Below are positions 22,762 through 34,379 of a stretch of DNA of 64,000 nucleotides, piece after piece (the first letter of the stretch is position 1; each line of letters begins with the position of its first letter). A program made the translations under genes and the position numbers. Source of the stretch: Ginglymostoma cirratum (lineage: Eukaryota); the NCBI GenBank assembly GCA_024137785.1, contig JAHRHZ010000017.1:10727990-10791989 (forward strand), read 5' to 3'. The notes under the pieces are model-generated. The model saw nothing but the letters and a program-made list of their open reading frames with translations, was not told the DNA's origin and ran no database searches.

Positions 22762-23999
22762 AAGTAAATTTAATTAATGTGCTCGCTCAAATTGACAAGA
22801 CTTTTCATTTCATTGCACCTTTTGAAAGCCATATCGAATCTTCTAATCCCATTCTTTTAAATTGAGAGTTGTGCAGTTCTCTTGAATTTTCTATCATAAT
22901 TTCCATTTGTAGCAGTTTAGTCATAGAAAATTCTTCTGATTTTTGCTCCAGTTTTCTTAATAGAGCGTTATTTTGCTTATGAAAGAGCCTGTGGTGTGTA
23001 ATGCCTCAGTTCAACTTGTACTTTCATTAATGGTTGCATTCAGTAGCTGAGGATAAATTGAAGTTCAGGCCAGCAACAAAAGGTGGTGGGGTTCATTAGC
23101 TGCAGCTTTTCAAATGATAGAAGAGCAAAAAGAAAGTGACATCACAGATGGGCTGACTAATTTGTGTTGCGGCTGTTGGGGACAGTATATTGGAAAACCA
23201 TATTTCTAAGCCATTTAAAATGCCACCTATTAATAAATGCAAACTTTAACCAACACTAAAGAGCTTTGCTGTCAGTATTAAAATGGGAGGTAATTATAAA
23301 TTTAAAGGTTTAATCAACACAAAGATTGTAGGATAGGTAATGCGTTGCAACTGTACATTTTTAAGCCATTTGATTTGGCCAGAGACAGGATGCAGCTGCA
23401 GGTGAGGGGAACAGTCTTGACCTTTTGGAATTGTCTCAATAATTGAGGTTTTTAAAACTTGAGGATGCATAAAAGCTGTAGGATCAATCGACTAACTGAC
23501 ACGTGCTATAGTGAAGGAACTCGTCAAAAGAAATGGGAGCAAAAAGGGATGTAATGGCAGGGACTTGTATTGTAAATGGGATTGATGCTGTTTTTGAAAG
23601 TGAGGCCAGGCATCTGTGTTGCAAGGCTATTTGAGATCTGCTCTGGACCAGAATTTGCAGTAGGATGGGGGGAGGTTTTAGTTATCTACCCATGTCAGTA
23701 CCAGAATAGTGTATCTCCTGAAGGTGTATGAGAAACTGAAAAGTGAGTTACATTAAACTTATATAATGAAGTTGAATTAATTACCTCAGTAAAGGCACCT
23801 CTGCACAGCAGCAACTGTAGTGGTCCATTTTGCATCCAATTTGCAAGATCAATTATATGGGTATGAAAATTGAGCAAGCTGCTGTGAAATGGGACTGTGA
23901 GCTGGCTGTGATATCTATAGAGAATCAGTGGTGGATTTGAGGATATTTCAGGCTAAAGTCTTCCTGCTATAAAAATACTTCCTATCTGTGTTTGACTAA

Positions 24000-24830
24000 A
24001 GTTAAAGGAAGCATTAAGTATGAGGAAGAACACGTGAAGGTAATTTGGTGATTTGAAAGAATATGTAAGCAAAATGCCAAAAAGGGCAACAAAGAAAATT
24101 GGAGCATGAGAAGAAGCCAGCTAGCCCTTTTACAGGTTTTTAAAAAAGGAAGAAAACATTAATTAGAGTGCTGATCATTTCAAGAGACTGAGGAGTTAAT
24201 GGCAGGCAAACAAATATGTTGCTTCTGCCTTCCCTATGCAAGATGCAAACCAAAAACCCAGTAGTAGTTGAAAGTCAGGGGGAAGAGAGGGACTTTGAAA
24301 TTTCAATCACCAGAGAAGTTGTACTGTATAAATTGATGTCAGTTGCAACTGTCAAGTCCTTGGGTGCTGGTGGATGTCATCTTAGGGTCTTGAAAGAATG
24401 TGTTTCATAAGCTAGTAGCTCAATTAGTGTTAATTTTCTAATAGTCCCTAGATTTTGGGACTGGCAAGTATTAAATAAACATCCTGTATCGAAAATGGGA
24501 GGGAGACTATATACCAGTTAGCTTGACCTCTGTTATGGGGCAAATGTTGCAGTCAATCATGGAGGAGGACATTGCTGCACCTTTAGAAAATTCAATGTGT
24601 TTTGATGCAATAGCATGAATAAAGAGAGTTCTTTGAAATACTGTACTTGGATTTCCAAAAGATATTTGACGAGATGCCATGTGAAAGCTGATTGCACACT
24701 GTAGAAGCACGTGGTGAAACAGGTAACATACTCCTATGGATAGAGGATTGGTTGATGGAAAGTAGAAAGTATGCATATATGGGTCTTTTTCTGATTAATA
24801 TGATATGAATGGAATCCCTCAGAGTGCTTT
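24000..24830 (+). mobile_element. Old CR1 LINE fragment
   Basis: ITREVVLYKLMS..VKSLGAGGCHLRVLKE, ccagttagcttgacctct and tacttggatttccaaaag are CR1 RT-region motifs. Confidence 0.7.
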
Positions 24831-25209
24831 GATTTTTTGCCTGTTGTCTTCTGCCTAATTAAGAAGCACTGATGTCTGCAATTAATGTTTTACTGGTTTG
24901 GTGTGGCTAGATGTATAATGGAGCAGTGATGTTTGTTGGGATATTAATGTTCTAATTCTGTTTTTGTGTTTGACCAAATTCCCTCTGCATTGACAGAATA
25001 ATGTTATTAAGTGGCTGCACTACCCAGTTAATGGGACTGAAAAAAAGACCCTGGAAATTAAAGTAGCACTTGAGAGGAAAAAAAAAAGTGGGGCCCTCGT
25101 AGAAGGAGGTAGTTATCCAAAAGCTGTGCAACCTTCTGTGACTTCAACTTGACAGTTTTTTTTAAGAAATGATGGTCTAATGGCCTTATTAAATTCAGTG
25201 GAAAGAATT

Positions 25210-26140
25210 CTCAATGTCTAAAAACATACAAACAAGGAAAAAGAGTGAGTCACTTGCACTGCCCTTCCATAAGATCCAATTTTAACCTCCATTCTACAAT
25301 CTTGCATAGTCCACATTAACTTTCACCCCTTGGTAATTAAGAATCTATCTACCTCTGCCTTAAAAATATTTAAAGATTCTGCATCCACAGAATGTGTTTC
25401 TCTTGTCTCAAATAGATGACCCCTTAAACAATGATCTCTAGCCCTAAATTCTCCTACATAGGGAACATCCTCTCAACATCCACCCAGACATGTCTTCAGG
25501 ATTTTGTATTTCACTTAACTCACTCCTGACTCTTCTACACTCCAGGGGAATGTGGCCTAGCTCGTCTACCCCTTCCTCATAAGCAATCAGTTTATTCCAG
25601 GATTTGAGTTCTGTTTTCTCGTTCATAGATGCTGCCAGACTTGCGGGGCTTTTCCAGCAACTTTGTTTTTGTTCTTGATTTACAGCATCCGCAGTTCTTT
25701 TTGTTTTTTCATTCCAGGTATCAGTCTAGTGAACCTTCACTGAACTGCTTCTAATGCATTAACATTCTTCTCTAAGTACGGTGACTAGTACTGCACACAA
25801 TATTCCAGGTGCACTCTCAACAATGCTCTGTATAATTGAAGCATAACTTCTCTACTTTCATTTTCAGTTGCCCTCATAGGAAGACAGAATATGCTATTAG
25901 TTTTTCCTGTTAAAGCTACATCTATACCTGTAAACTAACCTACTGCAATTCAAGTACTAGGATCTCTGTCCAATCTGAAAGCTCTGTGACCTCTCACCAA
26001 GTAGATTTCTTTAAATTATTCTGCCACAATTGACAGTTTCCAACATTACACTCCATTTGCTAAATCATTATCCACACACTTAAATGGTATGGATAGGTTA
26101 TGTCCTCGTCACGACTAATTTTCCTACATTATCTTTCTGT
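25210..26140 (-). mobile_element. Old CR1 LINE 3' fragment with a Penelope-tail insert at about 25602-25710
   Basis: Minus strand YEEGVDELGHIPLECRRVRSEL. The insert is flanked by ATTCCAGG on both sides. Confidence 0.7.
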
Positions 26141-26914
26141 CTCTAATTAAGGTGTTTTAGCAGCTTGCCAGAGTTGACAGAACTGCAGAGCCAAGATAGA
26201 TTTGGGATTATTTTTTTCTTGAGCCTGTGATCAAGTCAAGGACGTAGCTTGGTGTCGACCTTTGTGTAGATGTTCCTGACCTAGATAAGACAGCCTTTTG
26301 TCAATATGTCTAAAATAAACTGGGAGAAAGTGCACTATCTGCTTAGAAGAGATAAACAAGGGGGTGACATGCCCTGGTGCTGGCATAGGAGGGCTTCACC
26401 TTAGGCACTTATCTCCTGAATTAACAGAAAAATGAAATTGTGAATGATTGGTTTAAGGTATTCACCTGCTCTCAAAAAAAGCAAATAGGCAATGGAGGAG
26501 AAACAATCATATTGGACATAACAACTGTTCTCTTGAGGTTGATCCGTGCTGCCTTCAGTTCAATGCTTTGCTCGACTATTACCCACTGAGATAGGCCCAT
26601 GTCAGCTAAGATTTGATAACTCCATCCGGCATGAAATTGAACCAAAAGAGAGATTGTTATCATGTATTATGAGAGTCAGATCACCTGTTCATGTGTGTCT
26701 GTTCCGGAACTGGCATGTTGTTATAGGTCGGATATCTATTTTGGCCTGATTGTGTCATGTTTGAACTTCTGCTGTATTGATTCTCATACCACTTGTGATT
26801 CCATGACTGAGTATCTGTGACCCCTGATCAAATGTCTCACTCCCTTTCATGGGGAGCACTCTGGGCCCAGTGGCCGTATTTCTATTAGTTTTAAAATGTT
26901 GACAGAACAGGCTA

Positions 26915-29068
26915 GACGGGATCTAAAAGTTAAAGTTATAAGTTGGAGGAAGACCAATTTTGATTGTATTAGGCAAGAGCTTTTAAAAGTTGATTGGGGA
27001 AGATATTTGCACGTTAAGGGATGGCTGAAAAATGGGAAGTCTTCAAAATGAGATAACGACGGTCCAGAGACAGTATTTTCCTGTTAGGGTGAAAGGTAAT
27101 GCTGGTAGGTGTAGAGAATGCTGGATGATGACAGAAATTGAGATTTTGCTCAAGAATGAGAAGGAAGCATATGTCAGGGAAAGACAGCAGAAATGGAATG
27201 ATTCCCTAGAAGAGTATAAAGACAGTAGGAGTATACTTATGAGGGAAATCAGGAGGGCAAAATGGGGGCATGAGATAGCTTTGGCAAATCGGGTTAAGGA
27301 GAATCCAAAGGGATTCTACAAATATATTAAGGACAAAAGGGTAACTAGGGAGAGAATAGGGTCCCTTAAAAATCAGCAAGGCCAACTATGTGTGGAACTA
27401 CAGGAGATGGGTGAGATACTAAATGAGTATTTTGCATTGATGTTTACTGTGGAGAAGGATATGGAAGAAAGAACATGGGGAAATAAATAGCAATCACTTG
27501 AAAAATTTCCATATTACACAGGAGGAGGTTCTGATGTCTTCAAACACATAAAGGTGGATAAAACAGGTCCTTGGGACCTGATCAGCTGTACCATAGAACT
27601 CTATGGTAAGCTGGGGAAGTGATTGCTGGGCCCCTCACTGAGATATTTCCATCAATGATAGCCACGGGCGAAGTGCTGGAAGAGTGAAGGTCGGCTAGCA
27701 TGGTGCCACTATTTAAGGAAAAGCCAGGAAACTATCAACCAGTGAGCCTGACATTGGTAGTGGGCAAGTTGTTGGAGGGAATCCTGAGAGACAGGATTTA
27801 TGTGTATTTGGAAAGGCAAGGACTGAATCGGGATAGTCAATGTGGCTTTGTGTGTGGAAATTTATGTCTCCCTAACGACTGAATTTTTTTAAAGCAGTGA
27901 AGAGCATTGATGAGGATAGAGCAGTGGACGTGATCTATATGCACTACAGTAAGGTGTTAGAAAAGGTTCTTCATGGTAAACTGGTTAGCAAGGTTAGATC
28001 ACATGGAATAGAGGGAGAACAAGCTATTTGGATACAGAACTGGCTCAAAGGTAGAAGACAGGGGGTGGTGGTGGAGAGTTGCTTTTCAGACTGGAGGACT
28101 GTGACCAACAGTGTGCCACAAGGTCATTTATATAAATGATTTGGATGTGAATGTAGGAGGTATAGTTAGTAAGTTTGCAGATGACATCAAAATTGGAGGT
28201 ATAGTGAGCAGTGAAAAAGTTTACCTCAGAGTACAATGGGTTCTTGATCAGATGGGTCAGGGAGTGGCAGATGGAGTTTAATTTAGATAAATGTGAGGTG
28301 CTGCATTTTGGTAAGACAAATCAAGGCAGAACTTATACATGCGATGGTGTGGTCCTGGGGAGTGTTGCTGAACAAAGGGACCTTGGAGTGCAGGTTCAGA
28401 GTTCCTTGAAAGTGGAGTCGCAGGTAAATAAGTTAGTGAAGAAGGCATTTGGTATGCTTTCCTTTATTGGTCAGTGCATTTTGTGTAAGGGTTGGGAGGT
28501 CATGTTGCAGTTGTACAAGACCTTGGTTAGGCCATTGTCAGAATACTGCAATTCTGGCCTCCCTTCTATAGGAAGGATGTTGTGAAACTTGAAAGGGTTC
28601 AGAAAAGATTTACAAGGATGTTGCCCGGGTTGGAGTGTTTGAGCTATAAGGAGAGGCTGGATAGACTGGGGCTATTTTCCTTAGAGCATGGGAGGCTGAT
28701 GGGTGACATTATAGAGGTTAATAAAATCACGAGGGGCATGGATAGGTTGAATTGACTAGGTCTTTTCCCTGGGTGTGGGAGTCCAAAACTAGAGGGCATA
28801 GGTTTAAGGTGAGAGAGAAAAGATTTATAAAAACCCTAAGGGAAACCATTTTCATGCAGAGGGTGGTGTGTGTGTGGAATGAACTGCCAGAGGAAGTGGT
28901 ACAATGACCACATTTAAAGGTGTCTGGATGGGTATATGAATAGGAAGGGTTTAGAGGGATATGGGCCAAATGCTGGCAAGTGGGACTAGGTTTATTTAGG
29001 ATATCTGGTCAGCATGGATGAGTTGGACTGAAGGTTCTGTTTCCATGTTGTATATCTCTATGACTCTA
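26915..29068 (+). mobile_element. CR1/HER1-like LINE, 5'-truncated ORF2 with stops and frameshifts
   Basis: KENPKGFYKYIK, PGNYQPVSLT, AVDVIYMHYSK, VPQG, FADD (tttgcagatgac) and WQMEFNLDKCEVLHFG; ends ctctatgactctat. Confidence 0.95.
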
Positions 29069-29334
29069 TACCACCAGTTCTGTCCTTTATTACTGAAGCT
29101 CTGATATTCCTTTCCTAAAGTGTTCTGACTTCACCTTTTAAAATTCTAAAATCTATCAGAACCCTCGCTCACCTGATACTTCCCACTTGTGTATATTTTC
29201 TATGTTTGCTTGGCTTGATTGTATCTCAAGCACAGGCAATTTTCCACGTTTAGTGCTATAAGTGGCTGTGTGGTTGAGAAAAAAATGCTGCATCAAGAAA
29301 AAAAATCACTAGAATCAATATAGTAAATTTTAAA

Positions 29335-29652
29335 ATTCATTCACAAGATGTGGGTGCTGCTCGTTGGGCCAGCATTTATTACACTTTCCTAATTGCCTGG
29401 GATGGGGGGCTGGGGTTAAGCGTCAACCCCATTGCTGTGGGTCTGGAGTCAACATGTAGGCCAAAGACAGCAGACATGAAAGTGATGGGGTTTTGTTTAG
29501 AGCAGTTCCCTGGTAATTGTTAGACTTCCAGATGTGTATAAAATTCAACTTCCAACATCTGCCATGGCAGAATTCAAACTTGGGTGACCAGAGCATCACT
29601 TAGGTCTCTGGATTAATGATCAAGTGATAATACCACTGAAGCATCTCCACCC
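29335..29652 (-). mobile_element. tRNA-derived SINE, same family as 15637-15968
   Basis: Reverse-complement similarity along its length, e.g. attgctgtgggtctggagtc and catctgccatggc. Confidence 0.8.
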
Positions 29653-30658
29653 CTGAGTCTCTGTTGTAATACTGACATAGAGACCTGGAAAAGCACAGCT
29701 GCAGCAGCGAATTATATCCGTAAGTCTTTCAGTAATCAAAATTTGAGGAAACATTGGATCCTGAGAGGTGTTGAATTGGAAATATTTTGGAAGATGCATT
29801 TCAAGATAAACCAGAAATTAGACAATATATGTATACAACAGGGCTGGTGCAGGTAAATTTAAAATATTGTTCAGTGTATGTAGGTGTATATATAGGAAGA
29901 GAAACATACCTACTCCATGTTGAACAGTGTTGGAATTGTTGGGGAACATCAAGGAGTCTGAGACTTCATGCTGAACATGTCTCACCAATTCATATCAATA
30001 ATTCTGAACAGGGGAGAGGTTCAGCTAGTGGAGGCATTCCAGAGAAAAGCCATGTGGTTTGTCCTCACGTACTTAGAATATAAGGAGGAAAGTGGACTTC
30101 TACATCTCAAAGGAGACATCTGGGAGATTGCTTTATTAAGATATACATGATAGGGGAATGGAAAAATAAATTTGGAATATTTTCCTGTCAAAGTCAGAAA
30201 TTGGAACATGGGTTCAAACACGTTAAAGGTAAATTTAGGACTGGTAAAATATCTGGAAATATTTTACAGAAATGGTGATCACTTAGAATAATGCAGGATT
30301 CAAAAAAAGCAAGTTATGTTTCCAGAATCATCAAAACAATTGAATGCTACAGTTTTGGACTGGATTGTTTTAGATGGATGTGTCAAGATGGCCAAAATAG
30401 CCTCCCTTAACCATAACTGTATTGTAACTATTTCATATAGTTATCTTGTCCTTTATGAAATCTGAAACTGCTGATGTCTCATCAACCGTAAAAGTCTATC
30501 ATGTTAGGTGAAAGCAAGCATAACTTTGCATTTCATTGCAAATATCTGATCTCATAGTTCTTGTCTTGCAGAAAATAAATTTTCATTTTGAAATTGAATT
30601 TGAAAATAAGTTAAATTGAAATTCTCGTTTAGAAAGTGTAAAGGGACCTTTGGTAATC

Positions 30659-30781
30659 TGAAGAAGGGTCTAGGCCCGAAACGTCAGGTTTCCTGCTCCT
30701 CTGATGCTGCTTGGCCTGCTGTTTTCATCCAGCTCTACACCTTGTTATCTCAGATTCTCCAGCATCTGCAGTTCCTACTAT
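30659..30781 (+). mobile_element. Penelope-tail mini-element starting at the hammerhead core
   Basis: Perfect TSD CTTTGGTAATC at 30648-30658 and 30782-30792. CTGAAGA-AGGG-TCTAGG-CCC-GAAACGTC at 30658-30685. Confidence 0.9.
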
Positions 30782-31714
30782 CTTTGGTAATCACTTGTTT
30801 AGTTCATAGATCAGTGTTGGACATGAGAAAACATAGAGCCATGGATGACCTACCTCTAAGTGTTTGATAGGGACAGGAAGTCTACCATTGTTTCAAGAAG
30901 GAATGTAGATTATTTGTGTAGTTCCCAAATCAAAGAATCTAAAAGCACCTTTACATCAGAATTTCTTCATGTAACTAGCATGTCTAGAAAAAGGACTGCT
31001 AACTCCATTTGCCTTTAAATTGTTCATAAAGGTCATGGACTCAAAGTAGTATTTTTTGGGAATTAAGTTTAAATTTTTGTTTGTAACATCCCTGGTATCA
31101 TGTTGCCACGGACGTTTGTGGTAGCAAACTGCCATTTTGGTGTAGGATTTACTCGTGTGTTTTTTTCACAGAAACAGGCATTTAGCTTGGGAAATCTGGA
31201 AACTTTTTGGGCTTGAAGCTGGAAGCACTATGTTGGTGTTTAAAACCCCAAGTTCAGAAGACAAAGGAAAATATTCACAAGCGCTATAGACCAGGAAAAT
31301 TGATTTATTAGAAACCAAGGGTGCTTCTAATTTTCTGTTCAAGTCACTGCACAGGAATTATGATTGAAGTTATGGTGGAGATGAGAAATCTAAGACCTTA
31401 GATGAAAAAGTTTGAAGTTGGTCCTAAGAAAGTGGATAATTCATGAACTTGTTAAGTAACCAAAGACTTTAATTGAGTGTCATAATGGAAATGGGGCTCT
31501 TCAGTTGGTGATTTAGTCTAAAGTACATATGGTTGTGTTATGCTGTACTTTCTAATGTTACAAATAAGTACCCAACAGTGCTTTACCTAATTTTTGTACA
31601 GCAGAATTCATTTGTTTTAAACCATGGAATCTTATGGCTTCATTCTTTCAATAGATAACTGGGATTTCAAATTTCTGTTTAAATACTTATCACAAAGGAG
31701 ATCATGACAATACA

Positions 31715-31810
31715 TGACGAAGGGTCACCAGACCCGATGTATTAACTCTGATTTTTCTTCAAAGATGTTGCCAGGCCTGCTGAGCTTTTCCAGCAACTTC
31801 TGTTTGTTCA
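31715..31810 (+). mobile_element. Decayed Penelope-tail mini-element (second family)
   Basis: gaagggtcaccagacccg...ctgctgagcttttccagcaacttctgt; imperfect flanking repeat catgacaataca / cataacaatata. Confidence 0.7.
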
Positions 31811-32419
31811 TAACAATATATGGTTGAGAGTTTTCAATTAGGAGTATTTATATGTTAGTTATACACATGCGTGTCTGTGTAATAGCTATCCTAATACTGC
31901 TTACTGTAAACTATAATTTAGATTGATCAGTAACTCCAGTTCAGCTGCAACCGGAGAACCACTTCAATATTTCACCAGGTGGCAGTTTGCTCTTTCTGTC
32001 TGCAATTTAAATCAGGAGTTATTGCTTTTTCCCAGGCATATAACAGGCAGGCATCATGAAAATTACTTTCAGGTATGTCAATGGAAATATCAACAGTTTT
32101 AGAATGAGAGGAAAATATGCATTTCATTAAATACTCAGTGCCCAGCTATTTTTTTTAACCAAAAACAGGGATGAAATTGACCTTGAGGCAGTAGTGGAAT
32201 AAGAATGCATTCGTTAAGTATATTCAAGGCCAAAATAGACAGATTTTCTATCAATCAGAGAATCAAGGGGTATGGGAAAAGGTGGGAAAATGGACTTGAG
32301 GATTATCAGATCATCCATGATCTCATTGTCTCACATGACTGGCTAAATATGCTGGAGCAGGAAACGTCACTAATAGCTCTCAGTTTGTTCCAAATTGACC
32401 CTTTTATGCCAGTGAAGGG

Positions 32420-32950
32420 GTGTACATTTCATTCTCTCAGGCCACACAGAAGCAGGTGGAGTGTGCATATGGCTTTGCCAAGATAGCGGGACTCCTTGTT
32501 GAAGTGGGTGCCATCACCTACATTCACGTGGCCTCGCAAATATTAGAGCAAAATTCAGAAAAAATACAGACCAGAAAGGCTTGCATTCCATAATTGTCTG
32601 GTATCCTAACAACTGTGATGATGCTATTATTGAGCACCAGTTTGCTGCACCGTCAGTATTTGGGACATTACATCAAACCATGGCAGGGCTACAAGGACAA
32701 TCTACTGACGTCTGATCGATAACTCTGAGGCACAACCCAAACATGTGGGCAGTACACTTTTAATGACAGTGATGCTGCAACATCAAACACCACTGAGCCA
32801 GACCATTGACATGCTTAATCAATGCTTTCACTTCCCTGACCATTTTGGAAGAGTCTGCAGTAGTATTCAGAGCACATATCACAATTCATTGTGGTCTGCT
32901 GCTCGAATCTCACCTTCATAACAATATACCAGCTGCTACCAGGTATACGG
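32420..32950 (+). mobile_element. PIF/Harbinger DNA transposon, decayed HARBI1-like transposase
   Basis: Frameshifted pieces YGFAKIAG..VGAITYIHVA, KGLHSI, YPNNCDDAII, FNDSDAATSNTTE/QTIDMLNQCF and ISQFIVVCC follow the order of the Harbinger motifs GAIDCTH, RKGFHS, PGS.HD, R..IE..IG.LK.RF and CC.LHN. Confidence 0.8.
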
Positions 32951-33845
32951 GGATAAGTTGAGGGAAAGGAATTAACCAAGACATCCACTTTCCAGCTGGA
33001 CTGTCTGTGATCAATTCATCTGTCTGTGATGCCAGTGAACATGAACTATATATCCCATTGTCAAAAGTCCCACACCTTATCTTCCCATTGTCACAATCAT
33101 TGACCATCATGCTCTTGCCACATTTGCTGAAGTAAAGGTTTCCACAAAGCAATAACTCCAAAGCAACTTTATCAAACAAACCGTCTAATATTCCACATGT
33201 AAGGTGACAAAACACATAACTCTGTAACATCTGTCATCTGTGTAACTTTACCTTTGTGACAGATGGAAGGCTACTGACTTTTAGTGGGTTTGGGCTGCAG
33301 ATGGTCTTGCAGATGCCCTTGAAGAGCTCTAGCCGTGAAAATTATAGTTTCAGACAGAAACAACTCAACGTGAGTGGCAGCAGTTTGCTGAGCCTGGCAG
33401 ATAGGCAAAGGTACTCACACTGTCAAAGTGCAACTGATGAGAGGACAGCGGGTTTGTGATCCATGGAGCACTGGCATCTAGCAATCCTCGTAATCTGTTG
33501 AAGAACAATTGCTGGACTGCTGTGAGACCCTTTTGAATGTTAGTGACCTCCACATATTTGCAGCAGTCTGAAGCTGCAATGCAACAGTCTGGGACTTTGT
33601 GTCTCATCTGTACTTCCACTACATTTTTCAGACATTGGTGACTCAGCTAAAACCTTTCTGTCAAGTGGTAACAATCATACCATGCTCTTTGAAATCACAG
33701 CTGACAAGCCTATCAATGCACCAAACATTTCTTTGAGCATAACTGTCAGTCTTTTTCTGTGCAATTCTCATGAAATTGTTCAACTAAATCCTCTGTAATA
33801 GAATCAGCATGCAACGTCACTGATACATGACCCAGGGTACCCTTT

Positions 33846-34379
33846 AAGACCATAAGACCAGAGGACATAGGAGCAGAAATTAGGCCATTCGGCCCACCGA
33901 GTCTGCTCCGCCATTCAATCATGGCTGATAAGTTCCTCAACCCCATTCTCCTGCTTTCTCCCCGTAACCCTTGATCCCCTTGATAATCAAGAACCTACCT
34001 ATCTCAGTCTTAAATATACTCAATGACCTGGCTTCCACAGCCTTCTGTGGCAATGAATTCCATAGATTCACCACTCTCTGGCTGAAGCAGTTTCTCCTTA
34101 TCTCCGTTCTAAAAGGTCTTCCCTTTACTCTAATGATGTGCCCTTGGGTCCTAGACTCTCCTACTAATGGAAGCATTTTCCCAACATCTACTTTGTCCAG
34201 GCCGTTCAGCATTCTGAAAGTTTCAATTAGATCCCCCCTCATCCGTCTAAACTCCAATGAGTATAGTCCTAGAGTCCTCAAACATTCCTCATATGTTAAG
34301 CTTTCCATTCCTGGGACCATTCTTGTGAACCTCCTCTGAACCTGCTCCAGTGCCAGTACATCCTTCCCGAGATATGGGG
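33846..34379 (-). mobile_element. Relatively young CR1 3' fragment
   Basis: Open ORF YEECLRTLGLYSLEFRRMRGDLIE...FSQRVVNLWNSLPQ; (CTTATGGT)-type tail; flanked by CCCTTT at 33840-33845 and 34380-34385. Confidence 0.92.

Noticed and set aside
31082-31709. Possible solo LTR (TGTAACA...CATGACA)
   Set aside because: No matching TSD and no second copy in the window.
32916-33230. Cys-rich minus ORF with a hydrophobic end, resembling a viral envelope fragment
   Set aside because: It lies between the Harbinger gene remnants and has no recognisable motif; likely chance.
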